From positions 2,000-65,999 of the forward strand of contig CALLKG010000057.1 in assembly GCA_938008395.1 (NCBI GenBank): a DNA stretch of 64,000 nucleotides, in the 5' to 3' direction. Source of the stretch: Corynebacterium tuberculostearicum (lineage in GTDB: Bacteria > Actinomycetota > Actinomycetes > Mycobacteriales > Mycobacteriaceae). Position numbers and translations under genes: made by a program. Each line of letters starts with the position of its first letter. The stretch's first letter is position 1. Below the pieces are notes generated by a model. It saw nothing but the letters and a program-made list of their open reading frames with translations, was not told the DNA's origin and searched no databases. Positions 20,010-29,865 of the stretch are shown here, piece after piece.

Positions 20010-20195
20010 ACACGCAGTGATCCGGCCATCACCGGGGAGCAATTCAGAAGAACAGCCAGTGTGGCCCAGTAGAACTGAACGGGTGGGACCGTCAACTCCT
20101 TCACCGAAACGAAGCGGAGCCTTTAGGCTCAAGCAGGGTGGTACCGCGAGCCTTTAAGGCGCGTCCCTGCACCGTGTTAAGAGTGAAGGATAATT
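20010..20195 (+). ncRNA. Actinobacterial ileS translational T-box riboswitch
   Basis: -10 TATACT 19997-20002; short stem I GATCCGGCCATCACCGGGGAGC with Ile specifier ATC at 20028-20030; T-box GCAGGGTGGTACCGCG 20133-20148 pairing with CGCGTCCCTGC 20160-20170; SD GAAGGA 20185-20190; no terminator. Confidence 0.9.
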
Positions 20196-23100
20196 ATGGC
20201 GAAAAAGATTTACCCCAAGGTCGATATGACCGGCGGCTCCAGCCGCTTCCCAGATATGGAAGAGGAAGTCCAGAAGTACTGGAAGCAGGATGATACCTTC
20301 CAGGCTTCGCTAGAAAAGACCAAGGACTGCCCCGAGTACATCTTTTATGATGGCCCCCCATTCGCTAACGGCTTGCCGCACTATGGCCACCTGCTGACCG
20401 GTTATGTGAAGGATATTGTCCCGCGCTACCGCACGATGGCTGGCAATTACGTACCTCGCGTCTTCGGCTGGGATACCCACGGTCTGCCCGCCGAGCTGGA
20501 GGCGGAAAAGCAGTTGGGTATCACTGAAAAGGCGCAGATCGAGGACATGGGCTTGGAAAAGTTCAATGAATACTGCGCCAAGTCCGTGCTGGAGTACACC
20601 GACGAGTGGGAAGAGTACGTCAACCGCCAGGCCCGCTGGGTGGACTTTGACAACGGCTACAAGACCATGGATATCAACTACATGGAATCGGTCATGTGGG
20701 CGTTCAAGGAGCTTTATGACAAGGGCCTTATCTACAAGGGCTTCCGAGTTCTTCCGTACTCTTGGGCGGAGCACACTTCTTTGTCCAATCAGGAGACCCG
20801 CCTGGACGATTCCTATAAGATGCGCCAGGATCCGACCCTAACCGTTACCTTCCCAGTAGAGGGCGCGCGCGAGGGAAGCGCGGCAGAAAAGACGTTGGCG
20901 GAGCACCCTGCGCTTGCCGACGCCTCTTTCCTCGCCTGGACCACCACCCCCTGGACCTTGCCTTCGAACGAGGCCTTGGCGGTTCATCCAGAGGTTACTT
21001 ACGTGCTCTTTAAGGCTACGGAGGGCGATTTCGCTGGCCGTACCTTCATCATGGCGGAAAACCTGCTGGCCACCTTGGAGAAGGAACTAGGGGAGGCCGA
21101 GGTGCTGGAGACGTTTACCGGCGCGCAACTCGAGGGCTTTACCTATGAGCCTATCTTCGGCTTCTTCCCGGATCTGCGCAATGCCTACCAGGTTTTGATC
21201 GCTGATTACGTCACCACTGAGGACGGCACCGGTGTGGTACACCAGGCTCCTGCGTTTGGTGAAGACGACATGAATACCACCAACCAGTACGACATCGAGC
21301 TGGTTATCCCAGTGGACGAGGACGGCAAGTTCACCTCGCAGGTTCCGCCTTATGAGGGCCAGCTGGTCTTTGATGCGAATAAGGACATCATCAAGGACTT
21401 GAAGGCTGCTGGGCGAGTGGTGCGCCACGTAACCATCGAGCACTCCTATCCGCACTCGTGGCGCTCGGGCGAGCCGCTTATCTACATGGCGCTGCCGGCC
21501 TGGTTCGTAAAGGTGACCGAGTTCCGCGATCGCATGGTGGAGCTTAATCATAAGGAGATTGAGTGGCTGCCGGAGCATATCCGAGATGGCCAGTTTGGCA
21601 AGTGGCTCGAGGGCGCGCGCGACTGGAATATCTCCCGTACCCGCTACTGGGGTGCGCCTATCCCAGTGTGGATGTCCGATGATGACAACTATCCGCGCAT
21701 GGATGTCTACGGCTCCTTGGATGAGCTGGAGCGCGATTTCGGAGTTCGTCCGGAGTCGCTGCACCGTCCGCATATCGACGAGTTGGTGCGCCCGAACCCG
21801 GATGATCCGACCGGTAAGTCGATGATGCGCCGCGTGCCAGACGTGCTGGATTGCTGGTTTGAGTCCGGCTCGATGCCCTTTGCGCAGAAGCACTACCCAT
21901 TCGAGAATAAGGAATGGTTTGAGACCCACTCGCCGTCCGATTTCATCGTGGAGTACTCCGGTCAGACGCGTGGTTGGTTCTATGTGATGCACGCGCTGTC
22001 CACCGCGCTTTTTGATCGCCCGGCGTACAAGAAGGTCGTGGCCCATGGCATCGTGCTGGGCAACGATGGCCTTAAGATGTCTAAGTCCAAGGGCAACTAT
22101 CCGAACGTTAACGAGGTCTTTGACCGTGATGGCTCGGATGCCATGCGCTGGTTCCTGATGTCTTCGCCTATCCTGCGCGGAGGCAACCTCATCGTGACCG
22201 AGCAGGGCATTCGCGAGGGCGTGCGCCAGGCTATCCTGCCTATCTGGAATGCCTATACCTTCCTGCAGCTCTACGCAGAAAAGGAAGCAAAGTTCGACAC
22301 CAGCTCCACGCATGTTTTGGACCGCTATATCTTGGCCAAGACCCATGACGTCGTGGCCAATGTCAACGCGGCGCTTGCCGATACCGATATCGCCACGGCA
22401 ACCGAAGAAGTACGCCTGTTCGCCGACGTCCTGACCAACTGGTACGTCCGTCGCTCGCGCGATCGTTTCTGGGAGGGCGAGGACGCCAATCCTGAGGCGT
22501 TTAATACCTTGTACACCGTTCTGGAGACCGTGACTCGCGTGGTGGCACCGCTGCTGCCGCACGTGGCAGAGGTTATCTACCGTGGACTGACCGGTGAGCG
22601 TTCGGTGCACCTGGCGGATTACCCGCAGGCTGCGGACTACCCGTCCGATGCAGATCTGGTGTCTGCAATGGATGCGACCCGCGCGGTCGCTTCGGCTGCA
22701 TCCTCGGTGCGCAAGTCCAATAAGCTGCGCAACCGCTTGCCGCTGCCGAAGCTGACGGTGGCTCTCGATGGGGCGCAGCGCTTGGCGGACTTCGCCGATA
22801 TCATCCGCGACGAGGTCAATGTCAAGGAAGTTGAGCTTACTGACGACGTCGATTCGGTAGGCACCTTCCAGGTTGTCTGCAATGCGAAGGTCGCCGGCCC
22901 GCGCTTGGGCAAGGACGTGCAGCGCGCCATCAAGAACCTCAAGGCGGGCAACTACGAGCGCCGCGACGACGAGGTTGTAGTGGACGGCGATATCGTGCTT
23001 GGCCCGGATGAGTACACCGAGCGCCTGCAGGCAGCGAATCCGAAGTCGACCGCGCGTATCGAAGGCCTCGACGGCCTGGTAGTACTCGATACCGAGGTGA

Positions 23101-23366
23101 CCGAAGAGCTCGAGGCCGAAGGCTGGGCGGCGGACGTTATCCGTGGCCTGCAGGATGCCCGCAAGGCTTCTGGGTTCGAGGTCTCGGACCGCATCGCGGC
23201 CGTGCTCTCTGTCCCAGAGGAGAAGAAGGCCTGGGCGGAGCGTCACGCCGACCACATCGCCGGTGAAGTGCTCGCCACCGATTTCCAGGTGACCACCGAG
23301 GCACTCGATGGTGTGGACGTGCACGAGGTGGTGAAGGGGGTTAAGGCTACCGTCGTTAAGCAGTAG
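20196..23366 (+). CDS. ileS: Isoleucine--tRNA ligase (type 2)
   Basis: [49 protein letters not shown] motifs; 1056 aa with long C-terminal domain. Confidence 0.98.
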   Translation: MAKKIYPKVDMTGGSSRFPDMEEEVQKYWKQDDTFQASLEKTKDCPEYIFYDGPPFANGLPHYGHLLTGYVKDIVPRYRTMAGNYVPRVFGWDTHGLPAELEAEKQLGITEKAQIEDMGLEKFNEYCAKSVLEYTDEWEEYVNRQARWVDFDNGYKTMDINYMESVMWAFKELYDKGLIYKGFRVLPYSWAEHTSLSNQETRLDDSYKMRQDPTLTVTFPVEGAREGSAAEKTLAEHPALADASFLAWTTTPWTLPSNEALAVHPEVTYVLFKATEGDFAGRTFIMAENLLATLEKELGEAEVLETFTGAQLEGFTYEPIFGFFPDLRNAYQVLIADYVTTEDGTGVVHQAPAFGEDDMNTTNQYDIELVIPVDEDGKFTSQVPPYEGQLVFDANKDIIKDLKAAGRVVRHVTIEHSYPHSWRSGEPLIYMALPAWFVKVTEFRDRMVELNHKEIEWLPEHIRDGQFGKWLEGARDWNISRTRYWGAPIPVWMSDDDNYPRMDVYGSLDELERDFGVRPESLHRPHIDELVRPNPDDPTGKSMMRRVPDVLDCWFESGSMPFAQKHYPFENKEWFETHSPSDFIVEYSGQTRGWFYVMHALSTALFDRPAYKKVVAHGIVLGNDGLKMSKSKGNYPNVNEVFDRDGSDAMRWFLMSSPILRGGNLIVTEQGIREGVRQAILPIWNAYTFLQLYAEKEAKFDTSSTHVLDRYILAKTHDVVANVNAALADTDIATATEEVRLFADVLTNWYVRRSRDRFWEGEDANPEAFNTLYTVLETVTRVVAPLLPHVAEVIYRGLTGERSVHLADYPQAADYPSDADLVSAMDATRAVASAASSVRKSNKLRNRLPLPKLTVALDGAQRLADFADIIRDEVNVKEVELTDDVDSVGTFQVVCNAKVAGPRLGKDVQRAIKNLKAGNYERRDDEVVVDGDIVLGPDEYTERLQAANPKSTARIEGLDGLVVLDTEVTEELEAEGWAADVIRGLQDARKASGFEVSDRIAAVLSVPEEKKAWAERHADHIAGEVLATDFQVTTEALDGVDVHEVVKGVKATVVKQ

Positions 23367-23391
23367 CGCCTTAGCCGCCACCTAAAAGTAT

Positions 23392-23421
23392 TTGCCCAGC
23401 CTTAGCGGCTGGGCAATTTTT
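23392..23421. terminator. Probably bidirectional terminator between ileS and MFS gene
   Basis: TTGCCCAGCC / GGCTGGGCAA 10-bp stem, T-run after and A-run (AAAAG) before. Confidence 0.8.
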
Positions 23422-23435
23422 ATGAGTGATAGGAC

Positions 23436-24668
23436 TTAACGGACCGGGCCGGGCAGGTGAGCGCGCCAACCGAGGACCACGTTAACGAGGCAGCACAGTG
23501 CAAGCACGGCGCCAATGAGGAATAGGGTGGTAAAGCCGAGCAGCGGCGCGAGTGCGCTGAAGGCCATGGGGATAAAGAAGCCGGTATAGGAGACCGAGTA
23601 GTACACGGCGGTGAGGCCGGCGAGTTCTTCGGCGCGGGCGATGCGCTGGACCTCGGAGAGACCGGCGACAAGGGCGAGGCCGTAGCCTGCACCCATGACA
23701 GCGGCACCGGCGATGCCGAGCGGCAGCGACCGAGTATGAGAGGCAACCGCGCCGAGGATGGTGCCCACGGTGATAACGCCCATGGCGACTGCGGATGCGC
23801 GGGCCGAGCGGCTGGTATCGATAACCTTGCCGAGCATCTGGATGCCAACGCCGCAGCCCAAGGTGATAACGGTCATCAGGCCGGAAAAAGCGATGGGGGC
23901 ATCGCCAGCGGACTCGGACAGAAGCTGGGGCAGGAGGGCATAGGCGGCGCCAGCGCAGCCGAAGACCCACGGGGCGACCGGCAGAACAATGCGCACGAAG
24001 CGGTGGTGCGCTGCGGAGGGAATGTGCAGCATGCGCAGCATGTCGCGGATGCTTAAGTCAAGGAAGGTGTCTTTTACCGTAGCGCCACGCGGCGGGCGGG
24101 TTTCCGGGGTCTTCATCAGCCAGATAGCGGTGGCAACGGTGAGGAGGATGTGCAGGATATACGCCAAGTGGGTCGGCCACGGACCCCACTGGGCCAGCAC
24201 CGATGCGAGGCCGGCGCCGATGAGGAAGCCTAAGGTCAGGCACATCGAGGCGTGGCGCGGGCCGGCAGCGGGATCGCCACCTGCGCGGGTGATGAGCTCT
24301 GCCACCCACGTGGAGCCGACCGCCATGACGATGCCCAAAGCCAAGCCGCACATGATGCGGCCCACGGCGATAACGAGTGGCTCGTTCGGTGCGATGGACA
24401 AAAGGAAGGAACCGAGCAGCGATAGTGGCGCGGCAGGCAGCATCGTGGGGCGGCGGCCAATGTAGTCCGAAAGCGGGCCAGAAATCAGCAGCGCCGGCAC
24501 GATGCCGAGTACGTAGGCGGCCAAGAGGCCATTGACGGTGACCTGCGAGAAGTGTGACTCCTCGCGGTACATAACTAGGAGAGGGGTGAACTCATTGCCG
24601 CCCCACGCGACAGCGACCATGCTGCCAGCGACGGGAAACCATGAGTGTTTGGCAAACTTTTCGGTCAT
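23436..24668 (-). CDS. MFS transporter
   Basis: 410 aa, about 12 hydrophobic segments; motif A GPLSDYIGRR; ATG overlaps the GntR stop. Confidence 0.9.
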   Translation of the reverse strand: MTEKFAKHSWFPVAGSMVAVAWGGNEFTPLLVMYREESHFSQVTVNGLLAAYVLGIVPALLISGPLSDYIGRRPTMLPAAPLSLLGSFLLSIAPNEPLVIAVGRIMCGLALGIVMAVGSTWVAELITRAGGDPAAGPRHASMCLTLGFLIGAGLASVLAQWGPWPTHLAYILHILLTVATAIWLMKTPETRPPRGATVKDTFLDLSIRDMLRMLHIPSAAHHRFVRIVLPVAPWVFGCAGAAYALLPQLLSESAGDAPIAFSGLMTVITLGCGVGIQMLGKVIDTSRSARASAVAMGVITVGTILGAVASHTRSLPLGIAGAAVMGAGYGLALVAGLSEVQRIARAEELAGLTAVYYSVSYTGFFIPMAFSALAPLLGFTTLFLIGAVLALCCLVNVVLGWRAHLPGPVR

Positions 24669-25309
24669 AGTTGATTCCTCGAGTTGGTTAGGTGGGTGTC
24701 CAATGCGGAAAGGTAGGCGTCGAGGTCGCCGGTGCGGAGGGCATCGGCAAGCGTGCGGTGCTGATCCACGAAGGTGCGGGCGCGGGCCACGTTGCGGCCA
24801 ATGGCCGTGGCGGTAAAACGCTGCTGGCGTTCGCGCAGCTGGTGTCCCAGCCCGGCCAGCAGGCTATTGGCACCGCCATCCATGATGATCTGGTGGAAAC
24901 GTGCATCTAGGTGCGTATAGGCATGCAGGTCTGCACCATCCAACGCAGTGTCCTGCTCCGCGATGGTCGCATCTAGCTGATCAGCGATGTCCGCGCGCTC
25001 GGCATCAGACATTGCGCAGATCTTTTCAGCACAGTGCCTATCCACGAGCAAGCGTGCCTCATAAACCTCGCGGATTTCCTGCGGGCTGATCGGCACGATG
25101 AGCGCACCCCGCCTGGGGTAGAGCTGTAGAAAGCCTTCGACCTCTAGGCGCAGGAAAGCCTCGTGCATCGGGGTGCGGCTAATTCCCATTTCGGTAGCCA
25201 GGGAGGCCTCGGAAAGCATCTGCGAGGGCTCGAAGGAGCCGTCAATGATCTTCTCTTTGACGAAGTCATAGGCGCGCTCCGCGGCGGGCTGCATTCGTTC
25301 ATTGGACAT
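24665..25309 (-). CDS. GntR (FadR/FCD subfamily) transcriptional regulator
   Basis: wHTH LSEASLATEMGISRTPMHEAFLRLEVEG...PRRG; FCD-like C-terminus (DARFH); start set at ATG 25309, 6 nt after CAAGAT. Confidence 0.9.
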   Translation of the reverse strand: MSNERMQPAAERAYDFVKEKIIDGSFEPSQMLSEASLATEMGISRTPMHEAFLRLEVEGFLQLYPRRGALIVPISPQEIREVYEARLLVDRHCAEKICAMSDAERADIADQLDATIAEQDTALDGADLHAYTHLDARFHQIIMDGGANSLLAGLGHQLRERQQRFTATAIGRNVARARTFVDQHRTLADALRTGDLDAYLSALDTHLTNSRNQL

Positions 25310-25317
25310 GCATCCAT

Positions 25318-25341
25318 CTTGCATGCAAGCTTGCATGCAAG
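25318..25341. promoter_or_regulatory. 24-bp perfect palindrome, putative GntR operator
   Basis: CTTGCATGCAAGCTTGCATGCAAG, two tandem copies of palindrome CTTGCATGCAAG, overlapping the putative gntR promoter TTGCTT-17-CAAGAT on the minus strand. Confidence 0.7.
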
Positions 25342-25374
25342 CAAGTGTGTGGTGGCACTTTGTGGGGAACGGAT

Positions 25375-25998
25375 CTAGCTAGGCAAACGTGTGACGTGGC
25401 ACGTATCGGGGTGGAAGAGTAAGCCGTGGCCCATGCCGACCCAGCCGATGAAGGGGGCGTCGGCAAGCGTGTGCGGGGTGTGGACGTGCCCAAGGATCCA
25501 GGCATCGGCCTCGCTGGCCTGTAGCTCAGCCACGGAAAGCGGCAGGCAGGTGCCTTTAGAAAACTCACCGGTGACGGAAGAATGTAGGAGGCCGAGGACG
25601 GGGCCGTCGCTCGGGCGCGGCGGAAGCTGGAGTCGGCGCGGGTCCGGATCGGTGGCCACCGCTGCGGTTAGAACCGTGGTGTTTCCTATGCGAAAGGAGT
25701 GCACCTGCGTGCCGTGGACCGTGACCTCGGGCGGGAAGTCCAGATTGTGGTGGGTATCGTGGTTGCCGGAAATGAAGTGGACCTCGCCGAACAGTGTGGC
25801 AGCGTGGGCCATTACGGCGCGGGCCTGGGGCACGAATTCGGACGCCTCAGCGTTGCGGTCGATGATATCGCCCAAGCACACGCACGCCGTGGCTCCACTA
25901 TTGGCGGCAACTTCGAGTTCTTGCAGGGCCCAGTCCAGCCCAGGGGCGCCCGGGCGGCCTAGGTGCAGATCGGCAAAGACAAAAATGCTAGCGGGCAT
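25375..25998 (-). CDS. Calcineurin-like metallophosphoesterase (Mre11/YhaO-like catalytic domain only)
   Basis: All five metal motifs: ADLH, LGDII, SGNHD, LLH, LGHVH; start overlaps the permease end by 11 nt. Confidence 0.85.
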   Translation of the reverse strand: MPASIFVFADLHLGRPGAPGLDWALQELEVAANSGATACVCLGDIIDRNAEASEFVPQARAVMAHAATLFGEVHFISGNHDTHHNLDFPPEVTVHGTQVHSFRIGNTTVLTAAVATDPDPRRLQLPPRPSDGPVLGLLHSSVTGEFSKGTCLPLSVAELQASEADAWILGHVHTPHTLADAPFIGWVGMGHGLLFHPDTCHVTRLPS

Positions 25999-27652
25999 GT
26001 GCGGCCTTTCGGTTTTGCCACCAGGTGATAGCTACCAAGACAACGGTGGAGGTTCCGACGCCGATGAGCGTCATGGCCATGGCCTCGGCACGGTGGCCTT
26101 GATCGAATTGGTTCATGATCCACGGAGCCAAGAGGTTGACTTGGCTCGGGCGAATGAGTGAGGACATGACCAGCTCGCGGATGCCTACGAAGAAGGCGAG
26201 GAGCCAGCCAGCGAAGATGCCAGGGGCAAGTAGGGGCAGGGTGATGCGCCCAAAGGTATGCAGAGTGGAGGAGCCAGAAATTGCAGCGGCCTCGTAGACG
26301 GTAGGGGAGACGGACTCTGCTGAAGCCTTGATGTTTTGGATGGCCATGGGCAAAAAGAGCACGGTGAAGGCCATAACTAGCATGCCCATCGTGCCGTAGG
26401 GCGACCATGGCAGCCAGGGAGAGTTCCACAGCAAAATAAATCCAATGGCCAGGACAATGCCGGGAACGGTGTCGGGGGCGATGGCCAAGAAATCGCTGAA
26501 TTTTGCGGCAATGGTGCTTTGGCGGCGGGTGAGCACCGTGACGAGCACGCCGAGAGCAACGGCGGTGGTCGCGCCAAGGGCGCCTAGTCCGATGGAGCGA
26601 ACAAGTGCCTCTTGAGCGGTGGGCATCTGCACAACGATGGAAAAGTAATCGAAGGTCAGGTTATTAGGCGTAGGCGGGGCCGAGCGCAGAATGGTCATCG
26701 CGGCCAAGGTGATGGAAAGGTAGGGGATGACCACCGCGGCCATGAAGATTATTGCGGTCACCACAGCGCCGAAGACGGTGCCGACCGAGCCGAGGCGGAT
26801 ACGTACGGGGCGGCTTACTCGGCCACCGCCGGAGAGGTCGTGGCGTGAAATCCACTGTTGGAAAGCCCAGGCGGCCACGCCGATGGCAAAGAGCACCGAC
26901 GAGGAGGCAGCGGCGCTGGAAAAATCGAGGGGGTCGATGGTGACGTCTTCATAGATGGAGGAGACGAGCACCTTGTAGCCAATGGCGTTGCCAAGCGTGA
27001 CTGGGGTGCCAAACTCGCCGGCGGCCTTGATGAAGATAATCAGCGCGCCAAGGGAAAAGGGGCCGATTATGTTCGGAGCGATGATGCGCACGGCTTGTTG
27101 CCAGCGGCTCGCGCCGGCTATCTGTGCCATCTCCAGCGTGGACGCCGGAATGGAATTGAGGCAGGTGCGCAGGATGAGATATAGGAAAGGGAAAAGCTCC
27201 GCGGCCATGATGAAGGCCATGCCCCACACCGAGGAGATGGCATCGTGGGCGAGTTTGCCGGCGCCGTGGCCGAGCAGCATCTCGGCCACACCACCGCGGC
27301 GGGTGAAATCCATCCACGCCATCGCTGCCGCAAAGGGTGGGGTCATAAACGGGATCATGATGACGATCTCGATCCAATTGGCCCTGCTAAACCGCGTCCA
27401 CGAACGGAGGAAGGCGAGCGGCGCGGCCATGAGCGTGGCAAAAGCCACGACCAGCACGGACAGCAAGATGGTATTGCCAAGGATGCGTAGCATGCCCGGT
27501 TGGACAATGCTGCCTAGGGCTGAGGGCTCATCGTGGTAGCCCACGGCCGCGTTGACCAGCACGGAGGCTAGCGGCGCGGCGACGAGGGCAAGCAAGATGA
27601 GAAGGACCCCGTAGATCCCAAGGCGACGTTGGGGAGTGGTGGTGGAGCTCAT
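25988..27652 (-). CDS. ABC transporter permease (fused two-module, FbpB/AfuB-type)
   Basis: Two EAA loops (EMAQIAGAS, EAAAISGSS), about 12 TM. Confidence 0.9.
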   Translation of the reverse strand: MSSTTTPQRRLGIYGVLLILLALVAAPLASVLVNAAVGYHDEPSALGSIVQPGMLRILGNTILLSVLVVAFATLMAAPLAFLRSWTRFSRANWIEIVIMIPFMTPPFAAAMAWMDFTRRGGVAEMLLGHGAGKLAHDAISSVWGMAFIMAAELFPFLYLILRTCLNSIPASTLEMAQIAGASRWQQAVRIIAPNIIGPFSLGALIIFIKAAGEFGTPVTLGNAIGYKVLVSSIYEDVTIDPLDFSSAAASSSVLFAIGVAAWAFQQWISRHDLSGGGRVSRPVRIRLGSVGTVFGAVVTAIIFMAAVVIPYLSITLAAMTILRSAPPTPNNLTFDYFSIVVQMPTAQEALVRSIGLGALGATTAVALGVLVTVLTRRQSTIAAKFSDFLAIAPDTVPGIVLAIGFILLWNSPWLPWSPYGTMGMLVMAFTVLFLPMAIQNIKASAESVSPTVYEAAAISGSSTLHTFGRITLPLLAPGIFAGWLLAFFVGIRELVMSSLIRPSQVNLLAPWIMNQFDQGHRAEAMAMTLIGVGTSTVVLVAITWWQNRKAAHAR

Positions 27653-27655
27653 CGG

Positions 27656-28717
27656 TTACTTCAGGTAGCGCTTGGCAAAGGTTTCCTTGATGTCCTTGGA
27701 CTGAGAAACCAGACCATCGAGGTCATCGTTGAGGGTCTTAATCTCATCCAGCTTCGGGCCATTCTTTGGAGCGATGTCCTTATTGGCCGGGATCATGTTC
27801 TTGGCGGCCGAGATCTCCTGCGCCTCATCGGAGAACATGAAGTCCACGAATGCCTCTGCAGCTTCCTTGTTATCGGAGGACTTGAGGATCATGACTGGGC
27901 GCGGGGTAACCGTGGTGCCGGAGGTTGGGATAGCAACCTCGAGCGGTTCGCCCTTCTTCTGCGCGGAGTATGCGGAGTAGTCCACGCCGCCGAGGACAAT
28001 GCCGCGCGAGCCGGAGGTGACCTGGTCCAGCGCTGGGCCATTGGCGCCTTGGACGATCATGCCGTTGTCAAAGAGCTTGTCAAAGAGATCCCAGGTCTTC
28101 TCCTCGCCCCACTGGTCCACCATGGCCGCGATGAGGTCGGCTGCGGTACCGGATTCGCGCGGGTCCGGCATGATGATTTGGTCCTTGTACTTTTCATCGG
28201 TGAGATCTTCCCAGTCCTTCGGGGCCTCGTCCACGACGTTGGTGTTGGTTACCAGCGCTAGGGCCGAACCATCGCGGCCGGTAAACGCCCCGCTTTCCGA
28301 CGCCCACTTGGGAACAACCTTGTCCGCTCCCTCCGGCGTGTACTTTTCAAGGGCGCCGGACTTTTCCTGCTTGCTAGCTGCCGCCCAGGAGGCGAGGTAG
28401 ACCACGTCAGCCTGCGGGTTGGCTTCCTCGGCCTTGAGCTTGGCGGTGATCTTGCCGGTGGTATCGGCAAAAACATTGACGTGGACGTCGGTCTTTTCTT
28501 CGAAGGCCTCCACGAGGGCGTCGGTAAGCCCCTGCGGGTTAGCCGAGTAGTAATCCACCTCGCCGGACAGGCCTTCAGGTGCCTGCCACTTTTCGGCAGA
28601 AGAGGTGGACTGGTCGGTGGCGGTATCGGCGCTGTCCTCGACGGATCCGCAACCGGTCAAGGCGAGCGCACCAGCAGCGGTGGTGGCGATGGTGGCGGTG
28701 AACTTCTTGGTAAACAT
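27656..28717 (-). CDS. ABC transporter substrate-binding lipoprotein (Fe3+/sugar-phosphate/phosphonate class)
   Basis: Lipobox LALTGC; EEANPQADV, IIMPDPRESGTA, AAEAFVDFMFSDEAQ motifs. Confidence 0.88.
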   Translation of the reverse strand: MFTKKFTATIATTAAGALALTGCGSVEDSADTATDQSTSSAEKWQAPEGLSGEVDYYSANPQGLTDALVEAFEEKTDVHVNVFADTTGKITAKLKAEEANPQADVVYLASWAAASKQEKSGALEKYTPEGADKVVPKWASESGAFTGRDGSALALVTNTNVVDEAPKDWEDLTDEKYKDQIIMPDPRESGTAADLIAAMVDQWGEEKTWDLFDKLFDNGMIVQGANGPALDQVTSGSRGIVLGGVDYSAYSAQKKGEPLEVAIPTSGTTVTPRPVMILKSSDNKEAAEAFVDFMFSDEAQEISAAKNMIPANKDIAPKNGPKLDEIKTLNDDLDGLVSQSKDIKETFAKRYLK

Positions 28718-28726
28718 GTGTGGCTC

Positions 28727-29707
28727 CTATGCAGAAAGAGAAGATGGATAGTTGAGGTAGACGGTCTCGCCGCGAGTGAAGCGATGCGGTGAATACGTCA
28801 CCCAGGGTTCCTCCGCCCCGGGGACGTCGCAGCGCAACTCGTAGCGCCCACCGATGTAGTGAGCGCCAAGAACCTGCGCCTCGACCCGGCGCGGGGAGGC
28901 GCCGGTGTCCTCCTCCGCAGTGGTGACGGTGAGATTTTCTGGACGCACGCTGGGCAGCTGTGGGTGGCGGTTCATGGTGCCTACAAAGCCAGCGATGAAA
29001 TCGGTGGCCGGCTGTTCGTAAAGGGTGACCGGATCCGCGAATTGTTCGATATGGCCCTGATTCATAACCACGACGCGATCCGACATGGCAAGTGCCTCGG
29101 CTTGGTCGTGCGTGACGTAGATGACCGTCAGCCCCAGCTCCTGTGCCAGCTGGGTGAGCTCGGCGCGGATTTGCACGCGCAGCGCGGCGTCGAGGGCGGA
29201 CAGCGGCTCATCCATAAGCAGGACATCTGGATTAGAAACCAACGCGCGGGCGATGGCAACGCGCTGCTGTTGGCCACCGGAAAGTTGGTTCGGCCGCGCC
29301 TTCGCCTTGGAAGCGATGCCCACCATGTCCATGCAGGCGCGGACTTTCTCGGCCCGCTGGCCTGCCGCCACCTTATTGCCTGGGGTGGTCAGCGGAAACT
29401 CGATATTCTTTTCCACCGTCATGTGCGGCCACAGTGCGAGGTCTTGGAAGACCATAGACAGCCGGCGCTTATTGACGGCCACGTTGGTTCGTGGACCAAA
29501 TACCTCCATCTCTCCGAAGGAGATGGTTCCCGCGTCAGGCGTTTCTAATCCGGCTATGCAGCGCAACAGGGTGGACTTACCGCAGCCGGAGGGACCCAGA
29601 ATAGAGATGAATTCACCGCGGTTGATACTTAGATCGGTCTCGTGGAGGCCCGTATTATCGGCGAATTCGCGCTTAACGCCGCGCAAGATGACGTGGGGTG
29701 AGTTCAT
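28727..29707 (-). CDS. ABC transporter ATP-binding protein (PotA/FbpC class)
   Basis: [35 protein letters not shown] motifs. Confidence 0.95.
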   Translation of the reverse strand: MNSPHVILRGVKREFADNTGLHETDLSINRGEFISILGPSGCGKSTLLRCIAGLETPDAGTISFGEMEVFGPRTNVAVNKRRLSMVFQDLALWPHMTVEKNIEFPLTTPGNKVAAGQRAEKVRACMDMVGIASKAKARPNQLSGGQQQRVAIARALVSNPDVLLMDEPLSALDAALRVQIRAELTQLAQELGLTVIYVTHDQAEALAMSDRVVVMNQGHIEQFADPVTLYEQPATDFIAGFVGTMNRHPQLPSVRPENLTVTTAEEDTGASPRRVEAQVLGAHYIGGRYELRCDVPGAEEPWVTYSPHRFTRGETVYLNYPSSLSA

Positions 29708-29865
29708 AATCAGCGAAATACTTTCTTCAAGAAATAACCTCGAAAAAGATAAGGCCGCAATATTGCATGTGGGTGACGTGAAGATGGAAAGAAATAAAAG
29801 CTTTAATTAACGGCACGCAAACACCCAGGAGTGCATGTGGAGGTGCGCCTATTAGACTGGGCCGC

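Noticed and set aside
21087-23381. 764-aa minus-strand ORF over ileS
   Set aside because: Same shadow effect; also applies to 17341..18540, 39594..41015, 41715..42917 and 10112..11239.
29820-29865. LexA (SOS) box upstream of dinB or the HNH genes
   Set aside because: No TCGAAC-N4-GTTCGA-like sequence found.
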